A DNA stretch of 39,140 bases. Origin: Chiloscyllium plagiosum (lineage: Eukaryota). The notes under the pieces are model-generated. The model ran no database searches, had not been told where the DNA came from, and saw only the letters and a list, made by a program, of their open reading frames with translations. Below, one piece after another: positions 21,739-34,339 of this stretch. The stretch lies in NCBI RefSeq assembly GCF_004010195.1, contig NC_057749.1, forward strand, positions 22,289,267 through 22,328,406, read 5' to 3'. Position numbers and translations under genes: made by a program. Each line of letters starts with the position of its first letter. The stretch's first letter is position 1.

Positions 21739-22211
21739 CCCTGTTAATCTCCCTCCCGATCATTTTTATGACAGTATCTACAGCATGCCGAGTAAGAGAA
21801 TTCTAAAGGTTTATGTCTCTCTGATAAGCAATTCCTTCCACTTCAGTCCAAATTAGTTTGTGCTTTATTCTGAGACAACGTCCCTTGGTTCTAGACTCTA
21901 CCCAGCTATGGGACACTGTAGCTGCATTTACCCCTTTGAATCCTTGAAGAATTTACCAGGTTTTTAATGAAACGACTTCTCAATCTTCTTTACACAAGGA
22001 CGGAGACTCCATTTTTTTCAATCTCACCTCAAGTTAAAGTTCAACCATTCCGGAAATCAGTCTAAGTGAACCTCTATGACGAGTATACCTCTTCTCAGGT
22101 AAAGGAACCAAAACTGTACACAATATCCCAGGAGCAGCCTTACCTAGGTTTTATAGGATCAGTTCTGAGGAAGGGTCACTGGACTTGAAACACAACTCTG
22201 CTCTCTAGGAT

Positions 22212-22492
22212 GATGATGTCAGTGTGTACGAGGGGGCATAACTACAAATTGAAGGGTGATAGATTTAAGACAGATGTCAGAGGCAGGTTCTTTACGCAGA
22301 GAGTGGTAAGGGCGTGGAATGCCCTACCGGCTCATGTAGTCAACTCAGCCACATTAGGGAGATTTAAACAATCCTTAGATAAGCATATGGATTATTTTGG
22401 GATAGTGTACGGGGACGAGCTGAGAATAGTTCACAGGTCGGTGCAACATTGAGGGACGAAGGGCCTGTTCTGCGCTGTATTGTTCTATGTTC
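22212..22492 (+). mobile_element. Young CR1 3' end inserted into a Penelope terminal fragment (22160-22205 and 22493-22550)
   Basis: Open TRGHNYKLKGDRFKTDVRGRFFTQRVVRAWNALP frame and (ttctatg)n tail. Confidence 0.88.
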
Positions 22493-23208
22493 TCTCCTCA
22501 CATGCTCCCAGACCTGCTGTGCTTTTCCAGCACTTTCTGATTTTGTTTCTGTAAAATTGAAGCAAGACTTCTTTACTCCTATGTGTCCTTTCCCATCAAC
22601 ATTATACACTTCTGATCATTTAAATTCCAATAAGCAGTTCCCGACAATCAACTTCATTTGGTTGACTGGGAAATGTCATTGATCATTATAAGATCATCGT
22701 TACCTCCTTTTGAAATCACTGTAGCATCCTCTTCCACTGTCTATCATTCCAAAACGTTCACTTCTGCTGAATTTCACGGTTCCTTACCTTAAATTTCTCA
22801 TTTTTATACAAATGAACTGTAAATTATTTTTTTGAATTTGAATCTCCAAAGACAAAAGTTCTGAATAAATTGGATTATGATGCAATGCATTCATGACATT
22901 AGCTGCAGTTCAGAATACCTCATAGATACCTCAGAATAGAAATGAAGTCAATTTGAATCACAAAATGAGATTAGAGAACCTGAGGGCTCATATGAAATGA
23001 GGGGAGACTCAAGTCAACTGAAAGAAATCCCTCCAAAACTGGGTTGAAGAGAAAGAAGAAAATTTAAAATTCTCCATCCCCTGTTGAAATTCCTTAACAT
23101 CTCTCCCCCCCACTATCGCTATAACCTCCTCTAGCCCTACAAACCTGAGAGATGTCAGGAGTTGAGGCGATGAGCTACTAGTATTGTCACTGAACTACGA
23201 ATCCAGGT

Positions 23209-23406
23209 TCTGGATTAGTGGTGCTGGAAGAGCACAGCAGTTTAGGCAGCATCCGAGGAGCAATAAAATTGACGTTTCGGGCAAAAGCCCTTCACCAGGA
23301 ATAAAGGCAGAGAGCCTGAAGCGTGGAGAGATAAGCTAGAGGAGGGTGGGGGTGGGGAGAAAGTAGCATAGAGTACAATAGGACCTGGGAGTTGCAGTGG
23401 GAGAGG
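23209..23406 (-). mobile_element. Penelope terminal fragment; 10-bp TSD; mutated hammerhead core (CUGGUGA)
   Basis: TSD gaatccaggt at 23199-23208 and 23407-23416. Confidence 0.8.
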
Positions 23407-23495
23407 GAATCCAGGTAATTATCTAGGGACTTGTGTCCGAATCCTGCCATGGCAGATGGTGGAATTTGAAATCAGTTTTTAAAAAATCTGGAATA

Positions 23496-23700
23496 CACGT
23501 CATTCTGCTATTTGCTAATGCAAATTCACTGTAACACAGTTGATGACTGAAGACACTGTTTCCAGTGCAGAACGTTTGAAATGTGTGTTGGCTAGAAAGC
23601 GGTTATAATCGGCAACATTTTGGGCGCAGTTTCTAAAGCGTGATTTTTCTATAATGCGGGGTTGCACAAGAATACAACCATCACTTTATAGAAGGACTGC
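23496..23700. mobile_element. Non-autonomous Tc1/mariner-pogo (Tigger-like) DNA transposon remnant
   Basis: TA|cacgtcattctgctat resembles the terminus atagcagaacgacctg|TA at 34935-34952. Confidence 0.5.
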
Positions 23701-24601
23701 TCCCATTGCCGATTGCCAGGGGAAGCCCATCTGGGTCACTAATGTTGTTTGGAAGCTGCCATCCTTTCCTGGTCTGGCCTACATGTGACTCCAGACCAAC
23801 TGCAATGTGGTTAACTCTTAACTGCCCTTTGGGCAATTAGGGCTGGGCAATAAATACTGGCCTCGCTCTCATCTCATGAGTGAAAAAAAAAATTAGAGAT
23901 AGGAAGAGACAAGGCCCAAGGAGGAATTTAAACACGAGTGAGAATTTTATATCCAAGTCATTGGAGAATCAGGACTCAATGCAAGATTAAAAACCAAAAC
24001 TCCATGTCAGCAGAGATGCAGAGGTTTAAACAGTTATGTCCAAGGGCCAGGTCAAACTGTGCTGAGAGAAGGGGTGCAACATTGGTGGTAGGGTGCGCAG
24101 GGAACAAAGATGCAGCAACACTTCCTCCTTCTAATGTTTGGCTTAAGGAAACCTCAGGATATTTAAGACTGTTGTCAGATCAGCATTCTGACAGCAATGA
24201 GGCGGTAGAGAGTGGGTGTGGCGGGAGGGTTTGAGGTAGAGGTTACGAAGTGTACAGAAACAGCGTCTCAGCAAAAAACAGCGTGACTGCTGGATCAGGA
24301 TGAGCAGGGACAGAGGATGGCAGTTGGGTACAAACGGGTTAGAAGCTGGTGGTCAGAGCGTCACGTACAAAGCTCTGGTAACCATCCTGGTGGGACAGAG
24401 AGGGTTTAGTTATGAAGAATGTTTCCTTTAATTATTTTGCATTTGTTTGAGTTTTGGAAGTTGGGGAGTTGTCTGACATTCAAAGTAGGAGTTAGGTAGA
24501 TAGACCATTTAATTTGATGGGGAAATCAAGAATAAGGGAATAAAATGCATCACTAATTAAGTGCCGTCTAGGAGTGAAATGAAAAAGCATTTTTCTTTAT
24601 T

Positions 24602-24895
24602 CATAGAGTCCTTAGAGTGTGGAGGCAGGCCATTCGGCCCAAGTCCACACCGACTGTCCGAAAAGCATCCCACCCAGGCCCACTCTATGCCTGTGACACT
24701 GCATTTCCCATGGCTCATCCATCTAACCTGCACATCTTTGGACTGTGGGAGGAAACCGGAGCACCCGGAGGAAACCCACGCAGATACGGGGAGAATGTGC
24801 AAACTCCACACAGACAGTCGCCCGAGGCGGGAATCGAACCTGGGTCCCTGGTGCTGTGAGGCAGCAGGGTTAAGCCCTGAGCCACCGTGCCACCC
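24602..24895 (-). mobile_element. HE1-type SINE
   Basis: Full head, core and tail in reverse. Confidence 0.9.
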
Positions 24896-25410
24896 GAAGC
24901 TGAGTAGAAATCTGGAATTCTCTCTGGGGCAATAAAGGTTTTCAAGACTAAGATGAATAGTTTTTGGGTTGACACGTGGTGGGAAGGGATAAATGTGGAT
25001 AAATTAGGTTGAGATGTAAGTCAGTCCTGATCCAGCTGATTAGGAAGCAGAGTGGGGTCCTCCTATTCCTAACTGGAATTGTAGACGTGGAAACAAGAAT
25101 CATTTTCAGCTGAGTAATTGAGGACAGAATTCGAGGACAACAGCCTGCTCCAGCACATTAACGGCTGCAAAGAAACCAAAAAGAAGACCAAAACTTGCAT
25201 TCACAGAGTCTTTAGCATTGTAAGTAAAAGCATCCTCTACCACTAATCCAATCAAAGTCAGGCTGGTGGGGTTAAGGCTGTGTTGGTACAACGTGAGGGG
25301 CTGGAACCTGACTTGAGATATAGAGAGCTGTAGGAGAGACATGTATGGACGTGCAAGGCAACAACTAATGCATTTTAAAAAAAACCTGAAACACCAGAAA
25401 AATCACTTAC

Positions 25411-25495
25411 TTAAAGGATCCAAACCTTTCCGCCACGGAGATTGCTGGGAACTGGTCAATTAAAATCAACTTTGACGTGAAGATATCAATATGAC
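25411..25495 (-). CDS. ICE2: ICE2/NARG2 internal coding exon (85 nt, phase 1 to 2): (G)HIDIFTSKLILIDQFPAISVAERFGSF(N)
   Basis: Acceptor tttttttatcatcgacag (AG at 25497-25496), donor AA|gtaagt. Peptide resembles human ICE2 GHIDAFTSKLFLLEEI as recalled. Splices in frame to the 51-nt exon. Confidence 0.9.
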
Positions 25496-25753
25496 CTGTC
25501 GATGATAAAAAAAAATGGTTGAAATTCTGAAAGCCCAATAGTGACAGGATGTTAAGCGTAACCCTTAGGTCTCACAGCGTTTTCTGGAATGGAATCTCTC
25601 TGTTCGGGATCATGGAAACATGGTTTCTAAAAACACAATAGGAATCTGCACATTAACCAGAAAGCGAGAGGAAGAGGATTTCAGGACGTCAAAGTGCTTG
25701 ACAGCCAATGGATGTGGAAGGAAGGTAAAGGTGCGATAGTCCTACCAGATCAT

Positions 25754-26068
25754 GGGTGGCACGGTGGCACAGTGGTTAGCACTGCTGCCTCGCAGCGCCA
25801 GAGACCCGGGTTCAATTCCCGCCTCAGGCGACTGACTGTGTGGAGTTTGCACGTTCTCCCCGTGTCTGCGTGGGTTTCCTCCGGGTGCTCCAATTTCCTC
25901 CCACAGTCCAAAGATGTGCAGGTCAGGTGAATTGGCCATGCTAAATTGTCCGTAGTGTTAGGTAAGGGGTAAATGTAGGGGTAGGGGTGGGTTACGCTTT
26001 GGCAGGTCGGTGTGGACTTGTTGGGCCGAAGGGCCTGTTTCCACACTGTAAAGTAATCTAATCTAATC
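25754..26068 (+). mobile_element. Young HE1-type SINE
   Basis: gggtggcacggtggcacagtgg to (aatct)n tail. Confidence 0.93.
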
Positions 26069-26789
26069 ATAAGGCTAACTCTCTCATTAGAGTCACAGAG
26101 ACATACACAACATGGAAACAGGCCTTTTGGTCTAACCCGCCCATGCCAGCCAGATATCCTAAATTAATTTAATTCCATGTGCCAGCATCCCAACAGAGGA
26201 ACTGTTAAGTCAGTGAATATGTTCAAGGGTAAATTAGCTAGATTTGTGATCAAGAAGGGGGTCCATTGTTAATGAAGGGAACAGACAGGAGAATGAAGTT
26301 ATCGCCACAATCCTAGAGTCATACAGCACAGAAACAGACCATTGGGTCCATATCCTTCTAAACCCTTCCTATTCATATACCCATCCAAATGTCTTATAAA
26401 TGTTGCAATTGTACCAGCCTCTGCACTTCCTCTGGGAGCTCATTCCATACACGCACCACCCTCTGCGAGAAAAGGTTGACCCTGAAGTCACTTTTGTATC
26501 ATTCTGCTCTCACCTCAAACCTGCAGACGACTAACGGTGGTTTAATCTAAGGGTTACCACATCTCAATGGAGGGGAGAGGTTGAAGGAAGAGTCCTTAAC
26601 TTCAGGTCATGTCATGATGTCATTTCGAAGTGCAGTTACTGCTACTAAGGCAATTATGGCAACCAATTTGCGAGAACTCAAACAGTAGTGGCAGATGCGA
26701 ATCACGGCAAACAGAATTATGAAATATTTTAGTAAATATACTTGCTGGAGAACAGTCAGGTCCACTTGATCAGGTGTTTAGTTAATTGC

Positions 26790-27355
26790 TGCACATAACG
26801 TGCAGTCCCACACGGAGCAACGCTAAGGCGTGTCGGTGTATGGGAGTGTCACTGCATGTGAAGTGTCGTCCCACACGGAGCATAAGGGCGGCTCGTGGCA
26901 CAGTGGTTAGCACTGCTGCCGCCGCACAGCGCCAGAGACCCAGGTCCAATTCCCGCCTCAGGCGACTGACTGTGTGGAGTTTGTACGTTCTCCCCGTGTC
27001 TGCGTGGGTTTCCTCCAGGTGCTCCGGTTTCCTCCCACAGTCCAAAGATGTGCAGGTCAGGTGAATTGGCCATGCTAAATTGCCCATAGTGTTAGGTAAG
27101 GGGTAAATGTAGGGGTAAGAGTGGGTTGCGCTTCGGCGGGTCGGTGTGGACTTGTTGGGCCGAAGGGCCTGTTTCCACATTGTAATGTAATCTAATCTAA
27201 AACGCTAAGGTGCGTCTGTATTTGGGAGTTTCAACGCACGTGATGTGAAGCTCCACACGGAGCAACGCTAAGGCGTGTCGGTGTATGGGAGTGTCACTGC
27301 ACGTGAAGTGTAGCCCCACACGGAGCAATGCTAAGGCGTGTCGGTGTATTGGAGA
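26790..27355. repeat. 63-bp CpG-rich minisatellite (about 4 units) split by a SINE
   Basis: ccacacggagca at 26808, 26871, 27253 and 27316 (63-bp spacing on each side of the SINE). Confidence 0.9.
26886..27201 (+). mobile_element. Young HE1-type SINE inserted in the minisatellite
   Basis: Full-length copy, no TSD. Confidence 0.93.
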
Positions 27356-27594
27356 TTCCCCTTTGGCTGAAATCACGAGTCAGGCATCGAGAAATTGCAT
27401 CTATTTCGTGAAAAGTCTTCTTTTGCAAAAAGTTTAGATGACACACATTGGCCTACCTCAAAGCCAGAATCTGTCACAAGCTAGAGCGGTTGGAAGTTTA
27501 AAAATAAAATTAATAAAAAATTCTTTATAATCTTTGATATATTCAATAATGGCAGCCTGGTCCAATTTGAAGCTGACCATTGCAGCACAGAATC

Positions 27595-28005
27595 AGATAA
27601 TCTCTACAGTGTGAAAGCAGGCTATTTGGTATATCAAGTCTGCACCACTGACCCCCAAAAAGGAATTCCTGATCAAGGGCTCCGGCCAGAAATATGAATT
27701 TTCCTGCTCCTTCGATGCTGCCCGATCTGCTGTGCTTTTACAGCAACACACTCTCAACCCAAAAAGAACGTCCAGCCCACACCTATCCCCTATTGTGTAA
27801 CCCTGCATTCTCCATGGCTAATGCACCTAACCTGCACATCCTCGGACACTATGGGTAATTCCCCATGGCCGATCCACCGTAATCTGCACACCTTCGGACT
27901 GTGGGAGGGACTTCACACAGTCAGTCATCAGAGGGTGGAATCAAACCCGAGGGCCTCCCTGACGCTGTGAGGCAGCTGCGCTAACCACTGAGCCACCGTG
28001 CTGCC
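27595..28005 (-). mobile_element. Older HE1-type SINE interrupted by a Penelope terminal fragment (about 27663-27757)
   Basis: cccaaaaag duplicated on both sides of the inner insert; degenerate ctgatca-agggc..gcca-gaaa core. Confidence 0.8.
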
Positions 28006-28877
28006 ATTACAAAAAAAAAATAGGGATTAATCAGAGTTTCTGGTCCACTGTCTGAGAGTAATCTGATTTGAAAATAACTTATAAAAAGTCAGAACTAAAA
28101 TTTGCCAGTTACATTAATGCAGAAAAAAATAGCATTCTTTGTAAATTACAGAAACAAAAATGAATTATTACAAAGTGTTACTGTCCCTTAGTATCTTTAC
28201 TTCCAAAAGTTTAAATTAATTTTTGGAACCTCTGCAAAGGTTCAGAAAAAAGGGGTAATTAGCTGAAATTCCCAACAGCTATTTCACCCCCAAAGGTTTG
28301 GCCAGTTTTGTGAGGGAAGCTTGCTTGCAGTCTTTTAGTTTGCAATGAAAAACCAACCCTTCTCCTGGCATGTCCTTTGATCGTCCCCACCTCTACTCCC
28401 AACGCCTCAAACTATGACTGATACCTGACTGGATCTGATTAAGGATATGATGAGTCATAACGTCACAGCTTGTGGTTGAAAATAATTCAGCTGATGACTC
28501 AAAGTGCAACAAGGTGCCCAGTTCTAAGCTGATCATTTTCAAGTCCACCCCATAGCAAAGGATGATATGAGCAGACAACACGAATTATTGCAAAGAATCA
28601 ACCATATTCCTACAAGAACACGGGTCCCTCCGGCCAACATTGTCATGGATCTGCATCAGGTAGAGCACGAGGACAAGGTCAAACAGGTATAATTTTATCC
28701 CTTCACTTGCAACACACCCAGTTTGGAAGATCTATCCTTCAGACTTAGTCAGCTCAGTTAGTAATGATGCTGGGACCCCACTCAATGAAGTTCTCTAAAC
28801 AGACATCAGTCTGTGCTCTCAGCATCCTTAAAGCTTCTTCAAAGTTGTGCTCAACATGGAGGAGTGTTGATTCATCA

Positions 28878-29176
28878 TAGTGGCTCAGTGGTTAGCACTG
28901 CTGCCTCACAGCACCAGGGTCCCAGGTTCTGGGTGACTGTCTGTGTGGAGTTTGCACATTCTCCCCGTGTCTGCGTGGGTTTTCTCTGGGTGCTCCGGTT
29001 TCCTCCCACAGTCCAAAGATATGCAGGTCAGGTGAATTGGCTACGCTAAATTGCCCGTAGTGTTAGGTACATTAGTCAGAGGGAAATGGGTCTGGTTGGG
29101 TTACTCTTCAGAGGGTTGGTGTGGACTAGTTGGGCTGAAGGGCCTGTTTCTACACTGTCGGGAATCTAATCTAATC
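28878..29176 (+). mobile_element. HE1-type SINE
   Basis: Head, core and (aatct)n tail. Confidence 0.88.
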
Positions 29177-30055
29177 AGCAGTGGGAGGGCAGTAGGTGGT
29201 GAGTAATAGGAAGTTTCCTCGCTAGTTGTTAGACCTTGATCACAAGACACGAGGGAGTATGGAGACAATGTTGAGCACTCCCTCCTGACTGGTTCCCATT
29301 GTGTGCCCCCACTGCGGGCAGGTCTATTCTGCCAGTGGGACACAATTCCCAATGGGTGGTGGAGTTGTCAGGTAATGATTTGCTGCCAAGTGGATTTGGT
29401 GTGTGTGACTGAGTCAGATTGTTGCTATTTTATGAGACACTTCTCCCAACTTCGGCACAAATCCCCGCATGGGAGGACTTTCTGGGGTCAACTGAGCAAG
29501 CTGCGCCGATGTCATTTCCTCATACGCAAGTGTCTTGTAGCACAGTGGTGCTTATGTTTTGGGTTCCACTTGATCAGTCTTGCCCATGTTCTCTCTTTGC
29601 CTCTCGCATTTCCTTTTGCACCTTGTAGGGATTCTCTCCAATCAGCCAGGTTCTCACTCGCTTCATTGACTTTTACAGTACAGAAGGAGACCATTTGACC
29701 CATGGAATCTGCATTGGCTCCCGAAACAGCTACCCGGCTCGTCCCACTCTCCAGCCCTATCTCCATAGCCGGCTAAATTTATCACCTTCAAATACATTTT
29801 CAGCTCTATTGATACCTCCAATGGAATCCCCCTCCAACACTCTCCCAGACAGCATATTCCAAATCCTAACAACTGAGTGAAGTTTCTCCTCATTCCAGTC
29901 CTAACTCATGCTGACAATCTTGACACTAACACCTAAGTACTGATGTGCCAACTAGTGGAAACAGGATACTCTTCTTTGCCCTGTCAAAACTATTCATAAT
30001 TTTGGACACCTCAATAAGGTCACCTCTTAATCTTCCCTGTTCCAAGGAAAATAAG

Positions 30056-30554
30056 GTCAATGCGACCCCCAACAAACCCACCCCTGCACCTTCCCTTGCC
30101 ACCGCACGAGGTGTAAAACCTGCACCCACACCTCCCCCCCACCTCCGTCCAAGGCCCCAAAGGATCCTTCCACATCCAGAAGAGATTTTCTTGCACATCC
30201 AAATACCTCATCTACTGTATCCGTTGCTCTTGATGTGGTCTCCTCTACATTGGGGAGACGGGACGCCAACTCGCCAAATGTTTCAGGGACTATCTCTGGG
30301 ACACGTACCGAACAACCCACCGCCCCTGTGGCCAACCACTTTAACACCCCTCCACCTGCATCTACCTATCGCCTTCCCACCCACCATCGTCCATCCACAA
30401 CCCCAATGTCCTATTTAACTCTCAGCCCCCTTTCTCCACCCCAAACCACACTCCCACAAATTCCTGATGAAGGGCTGATGCCCAAAACATCGACTCTCCT
30501 GCTCCACGGATGTGGCCTGATCTGCGGTGCTTTTCCAGCGCTTCACTTTTTGAC
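30056..30554 (+). mobile_element. 5'-truncated Penelope-like retroelement: decayed Cys-rich linker, GIY-YIG endonuclease and terminal repeat; 15-bp TSD
   Basis: Reads TFPCHRTRCKTCTHT, then [28 protein letters not shown] and PVANHFN. Perfect TSD tccaaggaaaataag at 30041-30055 and 30555-30569. Confidence 0.9.
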
Positions 30555-30736
30555 TCCAAGGAAAATAAGCCCAATTTCTTGTGCCTGAAATCCTCCATTC
30601 CAGTAAATCTTCTCTGCACACTCTCCAGGGCTTTAACATCCCTCCTTAAATAAAGGTGCCCAGAATTGAACACAATACTCAAAATGTGATCTGACCAATG
30701 ATTTGTAGTGGTATAGCATCACTTCCTTGCTTTTAT

Positions 30737-31056
30737 GGGCGGCACGGTGGCACAGTGGGTAGCACTGCTGCCTCACAGCGCCAGAGACCCATGTTCAATT
30801 CCCGCCTCAGACGACTCTCTGTGTGGAGTTTGCACATTCTCCCCGTGTCTGCGTGGGTTTCCTCCGGGTGCTCCGGTTTCCTCCCACAATCCAAAGATGT
30901 GCGGGTTAGGGTGAATTGACCATGCTAAATTGCCCGTAGTGTTAGGTGAAGAGGTAAATATAGGGGAATGGGTATGGGTGGGTCGGTGTGGACTTGTTGG
31001 GCCGAAGGGCCTGTTTCCACACTGTAAGTAATCTAATCTAAAGTAATCTAATCTAA
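30737..31056 (+). mobile_element. Young HE1-type SINE
   Basis: gggcggcacggtggcacagtgg to (aatct)n tail. Confidence 0.92.
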
Positions 31057-32324
31057 TACTCTCGGCCTTTATTTATCAACACTGGGATCTGAGAAGGCTT
31101 GTTAACGCCTATTTCAACTTGCTAGGCCACCTTCAGAGAATCATCAACCTGACCTGATGGACTCGATGCTCCCAGATTGTCAAACACTTTGCTCTTCTCC
31201 TATTAGCCTCAGATGACCTATTCACATCACACACCCCAGCTTATTCCCACTTCCTAATTCTGTATTATGCTCCCTCCTATCGTGTGATCTTTTAATTACT
31301 ACTTCCCATTATTTCAGAACAATGAAGATTGTTTTAACTAGTCCAACTACTACTGGATAACTATTCACGTGGAAGTAATAGGTTATGTAAACTGAAATAT
31401 TGACCCGGATGATTCAGTGAGCAGCAGTCAAATTGGATTCTGTTCTCCTCACATTGAGTTACTTGTGTTCATACTCAACTCCACATTTCGCACCAGGAAG
31501 CCCAGTTCCAGCACTTACAGAAATGTGGAGTGTACCTGACACCAACACACGCCCCGTACAGTGCAGGGTAGTTAGGGATAACCAAACCACATGCCCCTTC
31601 AAGGCAGTCAGTGGGCCACTTTAAACCTCCAGGAGCACAGCCAGACACTGGTTCTATCAAACAAGTGGAGCTGCAGGACAAAAATCTTCAAGGAAACATG
31701 AACAAACTGACAACTCTAGTTTTGTTTTTAAAAATGACTGCTTCCAAAAGTAATTGGCAACAATGGTCTCAGGAAGTTAAATCAGTCAATGGAGTGAAAT
31801 GTGACACTGGGAATAAACAGCTCACTGGTCATCGGCTACCAGGTTAACACAGTTCCTGAATTTTGCGTTGTGTTGAACGTTAAGGCCAGATAACAGCCAT
31901 TGAATGATCTCCACGTGCATCTGTGAAGCCTGGATCTCACCTTGGAGAACTTGGTCTGCAGCCTTGGGGATCTCCTCGCTCTCATCCTGGGAATGGCCGA
32001 TTAAAATAAAAACCCGCCAATTTGATAACAGATTACCACCAGACCTTCACTGAGCGTTATTATACTATCAGAGACACATCTTAGGTCGGAGGACAGTTTC
32101 TTTTTGAGTTCCATTTCTTCCTCGAGTTCAAAAGCCTGTTATTATGTGAAAGGTTAGAAATGTAGCTTAGTCTGGGGAAAGCATCACAATGCCAGGTGCC
32201 ATCTAAGGAGAGTGTTTAGGGAATTGGGTGTGTTGGAGCAGGTGGTGGGGGTAGGTGGGTGATGAAACTCTGTAGGGTTGGGAAAATGCAGTCTGGGGAT
32301 GGGAGTGTCAGTTTAATGCTACAT

Positions 32325-32658
32325 TAAAATCCCTACAGTGTGGGAAAAGGCCCTTTGGCCCAACAAGTCCACACTGACACTCCAAAGAGTAACCCACCCA
32401 GACGCATTCCCTTACCCTACATTTTACCCCTGACAAACCACCTAATCTACACATCCCTGGATACTGGGGGCAATTTAGCATGGCCAATCTACCCTGACCT
32501 GCACATCCTTTGGACTGTGGGAGGAAACCGGGGCACCCGGAGGAAAGCCACACAGACACGGGGAGAACGTGCAAACTCCACACAGACAGTCATCCGAGGC
32601 TGGAATCGAACCTGGGTCCCTGGCGCTGTGAGGCAGCAGTGCTAACCACTGAGCCACC
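32325..32658 (-). mobile_element. HE1-type SINE
   Basis: Full copy in reverse. Followed by a degenerate Penelope-type hairpin at about 32690-32880. Confidence 0.9.
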
Positions 32659-34339
32659 AGGTTTTTAAAAACAGTCAGTTTTTAAAAACACACAAACAGA
32701 AATGGCTGGAGGTCTGGCAGCATCTATGCACAGAAAAAGAGTTAACATTCTATGTTTCTGAATGAACGTCAGTCCTAAAGAATGACCAATGAACCAGAGA
32801 TGTTAACCCTGCTTTCTCTCCACAGATGCTGCTGGACCTGAGTTTCTCCAGCAATTTCTGCTTTCATTTCAGATCTCCAGTTTTATTACATTGGTTTTTA
32901 AGTGCCTAACTTTCATTGGATAATTACTAAATTAACGTACCCACCAAATTCACTGTCTTTAAATGAATTCTTTTAAAGGTTTCCAGACGCAGAAGCAGTT
33001 CCCCAGGCAACTCGCACAGAGTTCACAGGGATCCACATGTAACTCTAACTGCGCTTTTCCAATTACTCTCTGTTGTTGCTAATTTCATCATGTGTGGCTC
33101 AGTCAATTTTAGTTGATAGCATAATACAGAAAGCTTTCAATGTTTCTGCCACCTGAGTTTTCACAATAATCTGGCTCTGTGGTCCATTTGCAAATAGGAC
33201 AAAAAGAACAGACCCGCGAGTTATTGACTGATTCTGAAGATCAGTTTTTTGGCAACTTGAATCGGTTGCACAGATAACCAAAATGAAAATGATGATCCAA
33301 TTTAACTAAATTACCCATAATGTCCAGAAATGTGCAGGCTACGCGGCTTAGTCTTGGGAAATGCAGGGTTCTAGACTGTGGAGGGTTAGTGTATCTTAAT
33401 GGGCTGAATGGCCTCTTTCCACACTCTAGCGATTCTATGAAAAAGAGTAGTTCTGCCAAGTAAAGTAAATTATTGGCAGAATACCAAGGACTACATTAAA
33501 GCACATCGCTAGGCTCTGTTACCAATACTGAACTTACAAAAGTAGCTGTTAAAAGTTTAGGACTTGCTTTAAGTTATTCTCTCAGAGACGGCAGCCACTC
33601 CCATACACTATCTGAACTGTTCACATTTCTGGGTGTAGCCTCACTGCTGGGTGTCTCAGTATAAAATAATGTAACAACATGTATTTAGAACTGGATATTC
33701 CTGTCTTTTGCACATTTCTTCAACTGCTCTGCAGATGAATTGAGATGTGGCCCAAGTATGAGTCTTTGTTCTGCGATGCTTTGCTGAATACAAGCAGTGA
33801 AGTTATGAACAGATTCACTCGATACGAGGTGGTCCTCACACACATTCAGCAAACTGTGGCCATCTATTTTTGTTTGAATAAATCACTCTGAACCACGTTC
33901 TCACCACCCAGCCAAAAGCTTGCTTAAAACCCGATCTCAAAGCCCATCCAAACTGTCTGCATCTTTCCGTCTTAACAGACAGAGCTCAGCAAGGCATTAG
34001 ATAGAACCACATGTCGTAGGAGCAGTTTCTGCTGTTTGGTTTTAAATTCTGGTTTTGTAACCAAGATGGTGCCAGAGAATGGAGGCTTCGGACATTTTTC
34101 ATTGTAACCATGTACCCTGAAACTCGAGCACACGTGATAATAAAATCTAATTCTAAGAAAGCCCATTGAGTCTGCTCTGCCATTGAGGTAATGGCTGATC
34201 TGATAATCGTCAACTCCACTTTCCCACCATTATTCCATAACCCTCCATTCCCTTCGTGATTATCGCAGCCTTGAAAATACTTAATGACCCAGCCTTGACA
34301 GGCCTTTGCCGTGAAGAATTCCACCAACACAATACCTTA

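Larger units (their letters stand above)
29660..31150 (-). mobile_element. Old CR1 3' portion hosting Penelope and SINE insertions
   Basis: FSLEQGRLRGDLIEVSKIM and DVKALESVQRRFT motifs on the minus strand. Confidence 0.85.

Noticed and set aside
26790..27355. CRISPR-like regular repeats (also 38352-39140)
   Set aside because: Whole units repeat with no unique spacers, no cas genes, and the context is eukaryotic.
32941..33030. Candidate for the missing upstream ICE2 exon (ends ...NLVG|gtacgt in phase 1)
   Set aside because: No similarity to the expected YGVEALTESE..LW..LLH motif as recalled, an in-frame stop upstream, and no good acceptor.
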